55,493 nucleotides of DNA from a virus (Duplodnaviria; Caudoviricetes). The DNA is taken from positions 1 to 55,493 of the IMG/VR virus record IMGVR_UViG_3300032266_000647; one strand, given 5' to 3'. The translations under genes were made by a program, and so were the position numbers. Under the pieces are notes generated by a model. That model worked only from the letters and a program-made list of their open reading frames with translations. It was not told the origin of the DNA and ran no database searches. This document shows positions 15,925 through 25,134 of the stretch, one piece after another (position 1 is the first letter of the stretch; every line of letters starts with the position of its first letter).

Positions 15925-17494
15925 CCAGCAGATCGAGGCCAACCGGGCGCTGCTGGATGATCAGCAGTGGCGGCTGTCGAACCTCTACAGGATCGTTACG
16001 AAGGGCGACGATGACGGCGCCGACGGCCTGGTGGTGACGTTTCGGCCGAATCGTGCGCAGCGGCGGCTGATGGCGCGGATGCATCACCGCAACATCATCC
16101 TGAAAGCCCGACAGCTCGGATTTACGACGCTCGTCTCCGTGCTCTGGCTGGACACCGCGATGTTCTCCAAGGATCCAATCCGGTGCGGCATCATCGCCCA
16201 GGACAAGGAGGCGGCCGAGGCGATCTTTCGGGGCAAGGTGTTGTTTGCCTACGACCAGCTGCCCGAGCTGGTGCGCGCGATGATGCCGGTATCGAAGCGC
16301 ACGGCGTCGGAATTGGAGTTCGAGCACAACGGCGCCAGCATCCGCGTGGCCACGTCGATGCGGTCGGGCACGATTCACCGGCTGCACGTCTCGGAGTTCG
16401 GGAAGATCTGCGCGAAGTATCCGGACAAGGCCAAGGAGGTCGTTACCGGCTCGATTCCGACCGTTCCGAAGACCGGGCTGTGCGTGATCGAAAGCACGGC
16501 CGAGGGTCAGGACGGTTACTACTACGAAATGACGCAGCGCGCGCTGGCGTTGCAGCAGCAGGGATCCGACCTGACGCCGAAGGACTGGCGGCTGCACTTC
16601 TTTGCGTGGTGGATGGCGCCGGAGTACGCAATCGACCCGGATCGCGTGCGGCTGACCGAGGCCAACCTGCGGTACTTCAACGAGGTCGAGCCGAAGATTG
16701 GCCGGCGCCTGACCGATCGGCAACGTGCCTGGTACGTGGCGACCCTGCGGGCGGACTTCAACGACGACGCGCCGCTGATGTGGCAGGAGTTCCCGTCGTT
16801 CCCGGAGGAGGCTTTCCAGGTCTCGACGGAGGGCTGCTACTACGCGACGCCGCTGGCCAACGCGCGCAAGCAGGGGCGCGTGCTGCCGGTGCTGCCGATC
16901 GAGGCCGCGCCCGTCAACACGTTTTGGGATCTCGGCCGCGGCGACATGACGGCGATCTGGTGTCACCAGCGCGTCGGCCCGGAAAACCGATGGATCCGCT
17001 ACTACGAGGCCAGCGGCGAGGATCTGGCGCACTACGTCCAGTGGCTGCAACGGCTGGGCCTGACGTTCGGCATCCACTACCTGCCGCACGATGCGGCGTA
17101 CAAGCGGCTGGGCGCGACGCCGGACACGAATTACAGCCTCCAGGAAATGCTGGAGCGCCTGATGCCCGGCCAGCGGTTCGAGATCGTGCCGCGCGTCTCG
17201 ACCACGGCGGCCGGCATCCAGGCAACCCGCAATCAGTTCGCGTCCTGCTGGTTCTCCGAGGAGGGCTGCAAGGACGGGCTGGCGCGCCTGGCCAACTACC
17301 GGAAGCAGTGGGACAAGACGCGCGGATGCTGGCGCGACGAGCCGCTGCACGACGACAACAGTCACGGCGCCGATGCGTTCCGCCAGTTCGGCCAGGTGGC
17401 CGAGGCCGGCGCGGTGTTCCGGACGGCGGCGGCAGGCAGCCGACCGCCTGGTGCCGGCGCATTCAAGCGTCGCGGGTCGCCGATGGCAGTCTGA
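15908..17494 (+). CDS. terL: Terminase large subunit
   Basis: ILKARQLGFTT, LHVSEFG, IESTAEG, FWDLG, YLPHD, HGADAFR. Confidence 0.95.
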   Translation: MTTTIDQQIEANRALLDDQQWRLSNLYRIVTKGDDDGADGLVVTFRPNRAQRRLMARMHHRNIILKARQLGFTTLVSVLWLDTAMFSKDPIRCGIIAQDKEAAEAIFRGKVLFAYDQLPELVRAMMPVSKRTASELEFEHNGASIRVATSMRSGTIHRLHVSEFGKICAKYPDKAKEVVTGSIPTVPKTGLCVIESTAEGQDGYYYEMTQRALALQQQGSDLTPKDWRLHFFAWWMAPEYAIDPDRVRLTEANLRYFNEVEPKIGRRLTDRQRAWYVATLRADFNDDAPLMWQEFPSFPEEAFQVSTEGCYYATPLANARKQGRVLPVLPIEAAPVNTFWDLGRGDMTAIWCHQRVGPENRWIRYYEASGEDLAHYVQWLQRLGLTFGIHYLPHDAAYKRLGATPDTNYSLQEMLERLMPGQRFEIVPRVSTTAAGIQATRNQFASCWFSEEGCKDGLARLANYRKQWDKTRGCWRDEPLHDDNSHGADAFRQFGQVAEAGAVFRTAAAGSRPPGAGAFKRRGSPMAV

Positions 17495-17508
17495 TGCCGT
17501 AGGGGTTG

Positions 17509-17527
17509 GTGCCAAGCATGGCAGGCT
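17509..17527 (+). promoter_or_regulatory. Late promoter motif, copy 1
   Basis: GTGCCAAGCATGGCAGGCT. Confidence 0.7.
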
Positions 17528-17558
17528 CGCCCGAGTCATTTTCGGGCGAGTCATCGGC

Positions 17559-17993
17559 ATGGGCGTTTCCCTCGATCTACGAAAAGCGCACGCCAGCCGC
17601 CAGCACGGCGATCTGCTGGTGATTTTTACTTGGGTCAACGACGAGCGCGCGATGGTGCTGCTGCCCCATCGCCGGCCCGGCGCGCCCTGGTACGTCGTGA
17701 TGGAGTCGGCCAGCTACACCTGGGACGACTCGGATCCGCGCAACGTCGGCCAGGTGGTGCGCAAGACAATGAAAGCGTGCGAGGTGCTGGGCATGGAGCC
17801 GACGCCGATCAACTGCCGGCGTGTGGCCGGCATCGTGATCGACGCGCTGCCGGAGCTGATCCGGATGCCGTCTGCGCCACCGGCCGAGTTCCATGCCGCG
17901 AGCTTCGGCCGGCTGGAGTTGCGCGCCGACGGCAAGCCGATGGCCGGAGAGGATTTGCGCATCGAGAAAGAGGGGGTGACATATGCCAACTGA
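17559..17993 (+). CDS. Hypothetical protein upstream of portal
   Basis: ORF following the late motif; overlaps the portal start. Confidence 0.75.
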   Translation: MGVSLDLRKAHASRQHGDLLVIFTWVNDERAMVLLPHRRPGAPWYVVMESASYTWDDSDPRNVGQVVRKTMKACEVLGMEPTPINCRRVAGIVIDALPELIRMPSAPPAEFHAASFGRLELRADGKPMAGEDLRIEKEGVTYAN

Positions 17994-20391
17994 CCCTCTT
18001 GAAGCGCGCGTTGTACGTGGACGCGCGCCGGGCGACGACTACTTCAGGCGCCAGGATCAGGCACTGGCGCAATCCACTGACCAGGAAACGCAGTTTGCCG
18101 GTCATCCGCTCGACAACGAAGCCTCGAAGCGAGAGCTGAGACAACTGCTGGAGTGGTACTACTACGAGAAGGAGCGGCAGGCACTCAATCGCCTCGACAT
18201 GGCGATGGATGCCGACTTCTACGACTCAATGCAGTGGGATCCTGACGATGCCAGCGATGTTCGATCGCGCGGGCAGATGCCGCTGGTCTACAACGAAGTC
18301 GCGCCGATGGCGGACTGGGTGATCGGCACTGAGCGACGCAGCCGCGTCGATTGGCGGGTGCTGCCGCGCACAGAAGATGATGTGGAGCTGGCCGACACCA
18401 AGACCAAGGTGTTGAAGTACGTCAGCGACATCAACCGCGTCACGTTCAACCGCTCGCGGGCGTTTGCCGATGCGATTAAGAGCGGTGTCGGTTGGGTCGA
18501 TGACGGCGTGCGCGACGATCCGACGCAGGACATCATCTACTCGAAGTACGAGGACTGGCGCAACGTGTTGTGGGACTCGTCCGCATATGAACTTGATCTG
18601 AGCGACGCGCGGTATCTGTTCCGGTGGCGCTGGGTCGATGAGGATGTCGCCAAGATGACGTTCCCTGACAGGCTGAAAGAGGTAGCCGAAGGCGTCGAGG
18701 AGGCAACGCATCGAAAGACCGACGGCTGGGAGGAAGAGACCTGGTACACGGCGGCCGATCTTCTGAATGTTCGCCACGGAACGATCTACGCGACCGGCGT
18801 GGGCACGATTGCCGACGCAAGTCGGCGCCGAATCAAGTTGATTGAAGCGCAGTACCGGAAACCTGCGCGCGTGCGCATCGTGGCCGACGGCCCGCTGCGC
18901 GGAAACATCATTGGGCAGCACGATGCCGCGCTGCGCGACGCCGTGCAGCGCGCCGGCAGCGAGATCGTGGACAAAGTGATGATGCGCGTTCACATCGCGG
19001 TTTTCACTCAGTCTGCGCTGCTGGCGATGGGGCCGAGCGGATTCCGGCACAACCGTTTCAGCCTGACGCCGATTTGGTGCTACCGCCGCGGCCGCGATCG
19101 GATGCCCTACGGAATCATCCGCCGCGTGCGTGACATCCAGCAGGATCTGAACAAGCGCGCCTCCAAGGCGCTGTTCCTGCTGAACACGAATCAGGTGATT
19201 GCGGACGAGGGCGCGGTCGAAGACTGGAACGTGCTGCGCGACGAGGCCGACCGGCCCGACGGCTTGATTGTCAAGAAGGCGGGCAAGTCTCTGGAGATCC
19301 GCCGCGACAACGGCGCCGCGACCGGACAGATCGAAATGATGACGCTGGACGCGCAGAGCATCCAGAAGAGCGCCGGCGTCAGCCAGGAAAACCTGGGCCG
19401 GCAGACCAACGCGGTCAGCGGCGAGGCGATCAAGGCGCGCCAGCTCCAGGGCAGCGTGGTGACGACCGAGCCGTTCGACAACCTGCGTCTGGCAACCCAG
19501 GTGCAGGGCGAGAAGCAGGTTTCGCTGATCGAGCAGTTCTACACGCAGGAAAAAGTGATCCGTTTGACCGGCACGCGCGGCGCGATGGAGTGGGTGCGGA
19601 TCAATCAGCCGGAAGTCCAGGTCGATGGATCGGTGCGATTCATCAACGACGTGACGGCGACCGCCGGCGATTTTGTCGTGTCTGAACAGGACTACGCCGG
19701 AACGATGCGCCAAGTGATGTTCGAGAGCCTCAATCAGCTTGCGAGCCGACTGCCTCCCGAAATCAGCTTGCGCATCATGACGATTGCGATGGAGTTCTCC
19801 GATCTGCCGAACAAGGACGACATTTCCGAGGCGCTGCGGCAGATGACGGGAGAGCGTGACCCCAACAAGCCGATGACGCCAGAAGAGGCGCAGCAGGCCG
19901 AGGAGCAGATGCGCCAGCAGGCCGAAGCGTTGCAGTTGCAGCGCGAGCAGGCAATGGCTGCGCTTGCCGAGCAGCAGGCCAAGGTGCGCCAGCTCAACGC
20001 GCAGGCCGCGAAGCTGGAGGCCGAGGTGGAGGCTGCCGCGCAGGCCGGTGGCGCGCCGCAGGCGCAGGCCGGTCAGGATATTCAGGCCGAGCTCATGCAG
20101 GTGCGCGCGCAGGCGGCGGAGAAAATGGATCGGATGGCCGAGCAACTGCGCAAGGCGCAGTCGGAGCTGGCGAACCGCACCATGCAGATCCGCACCGAGG
20201 CCGACAGCCGGCTCGAAGCGGCGCGCATCGACGCCGACGCCACGACGCGCGTGGCCGAGATCCAGGCCGCCAACGACAAGAACCTGATGGCACTGGAGCG
20301 GCGGCTGACGGATCTAGCCAAGACGATCCAGGAACGCTCCGCCGAGCCTGCCTCGGCACCTGCGCCCGGCGACAGCGGGAAGGGCGGCTGA
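17983..20391 (+). CDS. Portal protein (P22-like, long C-terminal coiled coil)
   Basis: DFYDSMQW, RGQMPLVYN, YGIIRRVRDIQQDLNKR, NAVSGEAIKARQ. Confidence 0.9.
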   Translation: MPTDPLEARVVRGRAPGDDYFRRQDQALAQSTDQETQFAGHPLDNEASKRELRQLLEWYYYEKERQALNRLDMAMDADFYDSMQWDPDDASDVRSRGQMPLVYNEVAPMADWVIGTERRSRVDWRVLPRTEDDVELADTKTKVLKYVSDINRVTFNRSRAFADAIKSGVGWVDDGVRDDPTQDIIYSKYEDWRNVLWDSSAYELDLSDARYLFRWRWVDEDVAKMTFPDRLKEVAEGVEEATHRKTDGWEEETWYTAADLLNVRHGTIYATGVGTIADASRRRIKLIEAQYRKPARVRIVADGPLRGNIIGQHDAALRDAVQRAGSEIVDKVMMRVHIAVFTQSALLAMGPSGFRHNRFSLTPIWCYRRGRDRMPYGIIRRVRDIQQDLNKRASKALFLLNTNQVIADEGAVEDWNVLRDEADRPDGLIVKKAGKSLEIRRDNGAATGQIEMMTLDAQSIQKSAGVSQENLGRQTNAVSGEAIKARQLQGSVVTTEPFDNLRLATQVQGEKQVSLIEQFYTQEKVIRLTGTRGAMEWVRINQPEVQVDGSVRFINDVTATAGDFVVSEQDYAGTMRQVMFESLNQLASRLPPEISLRIMTIAMEFSDLPNKDDISEALRQMTGERDPNKPMTPEEAQQAEEQMRQQAEALQLQREQAMAALAEQQAKVRQLNAQAAKLEAEVEAAAQAGGAPQAQAGQDIQAELMQVRAQAAEKMDRMAEQLRKAQSELANRTMQIRTEADSRLEAARIDADATTRVAEIQAANDKNLMALERRLTDLAKTIQERSAEPASAPAPGDSGKGG

Positions 20392-20393
20392 GC

Positions 20394-20699
20394 ATGGATT
20401 CGTTCGACGCTTTGGTGACGAAGCTGGCCGGTGTGGCGGGTGCCGCGGCCTCGCTCGCGTTCATCAAGGGCAAGCTGATCGAGCGCGTGGTCATGGCCGT
20501 AGGCGGCGCGGTGTTGAGCCTGTACGCAACGCCGTGGATGTCGGCCAAGACCGGCCTGCCGCCGGGGCTGTGCGGGTTCCTGCTGGGCCTGTTCGGTATG
20601 GCGATCTGCGCAAAGGTGTGGGAGGTTATCGCCACGCTGCCGACCGGCGAGCTGTGGACGCACGCGATTGACCTGATTCGCAAGCGGCTCGGAGGCTGA
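20394..20699 (+). CDS. Putative holin
   Basis: Three hydrophobic segments, GFLLGLFGM, basic C-terminus; upstream of endolysin. Confidence 0.7.
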   Translation: MDSFDALVTKLAGVAGAAASLAFIKGKLIERVVMAVGGAVLSLYATPWMSAKTGLPPGLCGFLLGLFGMAICAKVWEVIATLPTGELWTHAIDLIRKRLGG

Positions 20700-20702
20700 G
20701 TT

Positions 20703-20981
20703 ATGTCCGGGGATGTGGTGGTGACGGTGTTTGCGCTCGCTGTCCTGTCAGCAAGTTGTGGTGCTGCCGTGTTTTCAAATCGGTTCGATGACACGCTGAT
20801 CCAGCGCGTTGCGCTGGCGGGCATGTGCATCGGTGCGATGTCGTGCGCCGTGTGGGCGTGGAATACCAACTACGTGCCGGAGGGTGGCGTGATGCTGGCG
20901 CTCAGCGGCGCCGTGTTCGCGCTGGAAACCGTGCGCAAGATCATCAAGCGCGTTTGCCGGGGAGTGTGGCGTGAATACTGA
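20703..20981 (+). CDS. Membrane protein (holin/antiholin-like)
   Basis: Three hydrophobic segments in the lysis cassette. Confidence 0.6.
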   Translation: MSGDVVVTVFALAVLSASCGAAVFSNRFDDTLIQRVALAGMCIGAMSCAVWAWNTNYVPEGGVMLALSGAVFALETVRKIIKRVCRGVWREY

Positions 20982-21606
20982 TGCCTGGGCCGACATCCTG
21001 CGCGCCTGCGGCGTGCGCCCGATCACGATCGCCCGCTGGGCGCCGGTTTTCGCGGAGGAGATCCCGTCGCCCGATCGGTTCTCGCGCGGACGCGAGGAGC
21101 TGGACGACTTTCTCGGCCAGGTGCTGCATGAGTCCGGCAAGCTGGAGTTGACCGAGGAGAACCTGAATTACGGCTCGCCCGAGCGCCTGATGGCGGTTTG
21201 GCCGGCGCGGTTCCCGACCGTGGACTCGGCCCGCCCGTTCGTGCGCAACCCCCGCGCGCTGGCCAATCACGTCTACGGTGGCCGGATGGGCAACGTCGGC
21301 CCGGACGATGGCTGGGTGTTTCGCGGCTCCGGCCTGGTGCAGATCACCGGCCGCATGAACACGGAGAAGCTGGCGAAGGCGCTGGGCTGGATGACGCCGG
21401 AAGTGCTGGCTGAATCGCTGCGCACCGATGCGCATACCGCGCTGCGCGCCTCGATTGCCTGGTGGGAGGGCAACGTCCCGGACGGGATCATGGGCGACGT
21501 GCTGGGCGTCACGCGGCGCGTCAACGGCGGCACGCACGGCCTGGACGATCGGCGCCGGCTGACCGAGGTCGCGGATGCTGCGCTCGATCGCGGCGGGGTG
21601 GCCTGA
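20971..21606 (+). CDS. Endolysin, glycoside hydrolase family 19
   Basis: FLGQVLHES, EENLNY, FRGSGLVQITGR, TRRVNGG. Confidence 0.9.
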   Translation: MNTDAWADILRACGVRPITIARWAPVFAEEIPSPDRFSRGREELDDFLGQVLHESGKLELTEENLNYGSPERLMAVWPARFPTVDSARPFVRNPRALANHVYGGRMGNVGPDDGWVFRGSGLVQITGRMNTEKLAKALGWMTPEVLAESLRTDAHTALRASIAWWEGNVPDGIMGDVLGVTRRVNGGTHGLDDRRRLTEVADAALDRGGVA

Positions 21607-22163
21607 TGTTCCCGTTGCTGCCGATGTTCTCGCGCGCCCAGGTGCGCCTGGCGCTGTGGGTGCTGGCCGGCCTGCTGCTGGCGGTTGGCGTGGCGCTGGC
21701 TTGCAACGCGATCAACGACTGGATGGATGGCATCGAGCAGCGCGGATACGACCGCGCCCGCGCCGAGACAACCGCGGCCGCGCTGGTGGCATCGGAACAG
21801 GCCCGCGCCCGCGAGGCCGATATGGCGCGCAGCGTCGCGCAACTGGAGGAGCGACACCGTGCAATTCAATCTGACATGGCGCGTGCTGGCGCTTCTGCTC
21901 GCGCTGAGCTTGACCGGCTGCGCGGCCTGCTCGCCGCCCATAACGATCCCCGGCCTGGTAGATCCGCCCAGGATCCCGCCGCCGCCGGCCGAGCTGATGC
22001 TGCCGCCGCCGCCGCAGTCGTGGCTGGAGAGTGTGCAGCGCAGCTTGTCGAAGTGGCAGAAGCAACTGACGCCATAGCCGCGCGCCTGCGCTCACTGCAA
22101 AGTTGGGCGACCGTGGTGGCGCAGTCGTCGTGCGTGACAAGCATGACAGCATCAAGCGACTAG
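21606..22163 (+). CDS. Rz-like i-spanin
   Basis: N-terminal TM segment plus coiled coil, after the endolysin. Confidence 0.75.
   Translation: MFPLLPMFSRAQVRLALWVLAGLLLAVGVALACNAINDWMDGIEQRGYDRARAETTAAALVASEQARAREADMARSVAQLEERHRAIQSDMARAGASARAELDRLRGLLAAHNDPRPGRSAQDPAAAGRADAAAAAAVVAGECAAQLVEVAEATDAIAARLRSLQSWATVVAQSSCVTSMTASSD
21859..22077 (+). CDS. Rz1-like o-spanin lipoprotein embedded in Rz
   Basis: GGAGGA SD, GTG start, LALLLALSLTGC lipobox, Pro-rich mature part. Confidence 0.8.
   Translation: MQFNLTWRVLALLLALSLTGCAACSPPITIPGLVDPPRIPPPPAELMLPPPPQSWLESVQRSLSKWQKQLTP
22134..22152 (+). promoter_or_regulatory. Late promoter motif, copy 2
   Basis: GTGACAAGCATGACAGCAT. Confidence 0.65.
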
Positions 22164-22176
22164 CAAAGGAAACCCC

Positions 22177-23724
22177 GTGCCAGACAAGATCCAGGCCGGC
22201 CTCGACGGCGTTTTGCGTCGCTTCACCGATATGTTTGACGGGTCGTTCACCGAAGCCGTGGAGGCCCGCGTCCCCAAGAATGCACGCGATGTCATGGGGC
22301 GCGCGAAGATCAGCATTCACCAGAACATCTACGACGCCGATTTTGAGTATTCGACCCAGGCCCTGCGCTGGGAAGTTCTGAATTCTGGCGGTGGATCTGT
22401 TGCGCACGTTCCCGGAGAGGGCGGAGTGCGCATGTCGATCGGCACGGCCGCCAATGCGGCCACGATTCGCCAGAGCAGACCGTATCACCGCTACCAGCCC
22501 GGCAAGGCAATGTTCATGGCGACTGCCGTGAATTTCGGGGCGAACAACGTCAACCAGGTGCAGCGCGTTGGCTACTTCGATGACAACAACGGCATCTTTT
22601 TCGAGCAGGGCGCAAACCCGCTCGATCCGGCCAACCCGTCCGGGATGTTTGCTGTCGTGCGCACCGATGTCCAGTCGGCACTGACGCAAGGGCGGCCGAC
22701 CGACGTAAAGATCCCCGCCTATATGTGGAGCGATCCGCGCGGTGTATTGCCTCGGCTCAACTGGAGCCGCCTGCAAATGCTGTGGCTGGAATACGCCTGG
22801 TACGGCGGCGGATCGCTGCGCTGGGGGGTGCTGCTCGACGGAGAGCCGTACATCCTGCATGAGATTGGATCGGGCAACAACGAGCCGAGCGCGACGCAAT
22901 CGTCACAGCCTCCGCTGGGGGGGCCATCGACCGCATCGAGCACGACCTCGCTGACGGTTTCGACGGCAAACTGGATTGCAAATCAGTGGGCGTCGCGCAC
23001 GCTGCAAATCACGCCCAGCACAACCGTCGCCGCGTCGTCTGCCGGCCAGACGCTTCCGCAAGCGACGATCAACGTCGCCTCGACAACCGGCTTCCCGTCG
23101 TCGGGTCAGGTGTTTGTCGGGAATCAACTCGTCAACTACACCGGCATCACAGGCACGTCGTTGACGGGTTGCAGCGGCGGCAATCTGACGCTGACTGCTG
23201 GGCTGAGCGTTCAGTCTCTGACCACCACGCTGGCGCGCATCACGTCGAACACGGCCAACACGCTGACGCTGGTTGACAGCGTGACCGGCCAGGCGCTTAC
23301 AAACGCGCCGGTGGCGGGCGGCAACTACACGATCGGCCTGGTGGATCGCGGCCAGCTTCTGCCGCGTCAGCTCATTGTGAGCTGCGATGCCGTGGCCATC
23401 ATCGAGATCGTTTCCGGAACGCCGACACTGCCCGTGACGTTGACCGGCGCATCGTTCCAAGCCGTTGCTGCGCTGGGAAGCGGCGGATCGTTCGCGGAAC
23501 GCGATGTCTCGGCTACCGCCTTGTCGGGTGGCGAGGTCGTCATGGCGTTTACCTCGATTGCAGGCTCCGGCGTACAGCAGATTGACCTGGCCAACCTGTT
23601 CCCGCTGTTCTCGAACATTCGCGGTGACTCGCCAGATACCTTGACGGTAGCGGTCAGCACCCCGAGCACCGGCGGGCCGTGGAGCGTCGGGGCACACGTT
23701 ATTTGCCAAGAGGCAATGTCTTAG
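22177..23724 (+). CDS. Ser/Thr/Gly-rich beta-structured putative virion protein
   Basis: Composition; TINVASTTGFPSSG module; late-motif promoter. Confidence 0.6.
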   Translation: MPDKIQAGLDGVLRRFTDMFDGSFTEAVEARVPKNARDVMGRAKISIHQNIYDADFEYSTQALRWEVLNSGGGSVAHVPGEGGVRMSIGTAANAATIRQSRPYHRYQPGKAMFMATAVNFGANNVNQVQRVGYFDDNNGIFFEQGANPLDPANPSGMFAVVRTDVQSALTQGRPTDVKIPAYMWSDPRGVLPRLNWSRLQMLWLEYAWYGGGSLRWGVLLDGEPYILHEIGSGNNEPSATQSSQPPLGGPSTASSTTSLTVSTANWIANQWASRTLQITPSTTVAASSAGQTLPQATINVASTTGFPSSGQVFVGNQLVNYTGITGTSLTGCSGGNLTLTAGLSVQSLTTTLARITSNTANTLTLVDSVTGQALTNAPVAGGNYTIGLVDRGQLLPRQLIVSCDAVAIIEIVSGTPTLPVTLTGASFQAVAALGSGGSFAERDVSATALSGGEVVMAFTSIAGSGVQQIDLANLFPLFSNIRGDSPDTLTVAVSTPSTGGPWSVGAHVICQEAMS

Positions 23725-23733
23725 GAGCAGGCC

Positions 23734-23928
23734 ATGAAACGCAAGTCGCACGCAAACATTGTCACCCTCGCAGGTGATGACCGCTGGATGGTCGAGCGTG
23801 ATCTGGAGACCATGATCGAGTGCAAAAAGATCGAGGCTGACCCGAAGCGGTTGGCCAAGGTGCGCGCGCTGGCGAAGGAAAAGATGATGGCCGTCGCCAA
23901 GGTGGCGGCCGAGGGATCCGACGATTAA
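23734..23928 (+). CDS. Hypothetical protein
   Basis: AGGAG SD; WMVERDLETMIECKKIEADPKRL. Confidence 0.7.
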   Translation: MKRKSHANIVTLAGDDRWMVERDLETMIECKKIEADPKRLAKVRALAKEKMMAVAKVAAEGSDD

Positions 23929-23962
23929 CTGAAGTACCCACCCACCCCAAGGAGAAGCGCGC

Positions 23963-24868
23963 ATGAGTACGCTTGACGCGGACACCCTCGCCACCCTGAC
24001 GCCCGAAGAGCGGGCCGCAGTCGAAAACCCCGACCCAGACGAAACCGCCGCGCTGGCGCGCATTGCCGCCGGCGGCGACGACGACGACGAAGACGATGAC
24101 GCACCGGCGCCGGCTGCTGCTCCGGCTCCCGCCCCGGCAAGCGATACGCCGGCTGCCGCTCCGGCCCCCGCTGCTGCCGCGCCCGAGCCGACCGAGCCAC
24201 CGCCGCCGACCGGCGATGCTGCGCTGCCCGGCTACCAGGCAAAGCTGCCGGATGACTACGATGGTCAGATCAAGTCGCTGAAAGACCGCGACGCGGCGTT
24301 GCGCCAGCGGTTCAAGGATGGCGAGATCGACATCGACGAGCGCGATACCGGACTGGCCGATCTGTCGGAGCAGCGCGAGCAACTGCTGGTGGCACGCGCG
24401 AAGGCCGAAATCTCGAAGGAAATGCAGCAGCAGACGGCCGAACAGCAGTGGACGGCGACCGTCAACCGCTTCATGGGCGAGACCGCGAAAAGCGGTGGCA
24501 TCGACTACCGGGCCGACGCCGAGAAGGCTGGCGACCTGGATTCGTTTGTGAAGATGCTGGCAAACAATCCGGCCAATGCGCAGCGGACGATGGACTGGTT
24601 CTTGTCCGAGGCGCATCGGCGCGTCCAGGCGCTGCACGGCGTTGCGGCACCGGCACCCGCACCGGCGCCCGCGGACAATGGCAAGCGCAACGGCCGCAAG
24701 CCGGCGCTCGATGCGATGCCCAAGACGCTGGCGCAGGTGCCGGGCGGCGACGGGCCGGGCGACGTGGGCAGCGAGTTTGCCGACCTGGATTCGCTTCCCG
24801 GCGATGACCTGGAGGCGGCAATCGCACGCATGACACCTGCGCAACGGGAGCGGTACGCCAGGTCATGA
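23963..24868 (+). CDS. Putative capsid scaffolding protein
   Basis: Acidic/Pro-Ala N-terminus, helical core, position before the major capsid gene. Confidence 0.7.
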   Translation: MSTLDADTLATLTPEERAAVENPDPDETAALARIAAGGDDDDEDDDAPAPAAAPAPAPASDTPAAAPAPAAAAPEPTEPPPPTGDAALPGYQAKLPDDYDGQIKSLKDRDAALRQRFKDGEIDIDERDTGLADLSEQREQLLVARAKAEISKEMQQQTAEQQWTATVNRFMGETAKSGGIDYRADAEKAGDLDSFVKMLANNPANAQRTMDWFLSEAHRRVQALHGVAAPAPAPAPADNGKRNGRKPALDAMPKTLAQVPGGDGPGDVGSEFADLDSLPGDDLEAAIARMTPAQRERYARS

Positions 24869-25071
24869 AGCGCGCCGTCACCACTCTGGACATCGACGTG
24901 CGGCCCGGCGAGCGTATTGACGTGTCGGGCTGCGCCTCCGTGGAGCTGATCCGCAAGAGCGGCCAACTGGCCCGCTTGCGCGTGACGGCTCCGCGCGACG
25001 TGCGCATCGAAAAAATCGGCGGCGCTCAGATTGCTGGCGTGCCAAGCATGGAAGTATCGCAGTCAGGCTGA
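24865..25071 (+). CDS. CsrA/RsmA-like small protein
   Basis: LDIDVRPGERIDVSG...VELIRKSGQLARLRVTAPRDVRIEK parallels the CsrA pattern LILTRRVGETLMIG...[25 protein letters not shown]. Confidence 0.65.
   Translation: MKRAVTTLDIDVRPGERIDVSGCASVELIRKSGQLARLRVTAPRDVRIEKIGGAQIAGVPSMEVSQSG
25039..25057 (+). promoter_or_regulatory. Late promoter motif, copy 3
   Basis: GTGCCAAGCATGGAAGTAT. Confidence 0.7.
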
Positions 25072-25134
25072 CATCAGCCACCCGCGAGCGCAGGAGTGCT
25101 CTTCGAGGTTTTTAACACTTGAAGGAGTGCCTAC

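Noticed and set aside
21859-22077. Embedded ORF in Rz as a novelty
   Set aside because: Standard Rz/Rz1 spanin arrangement
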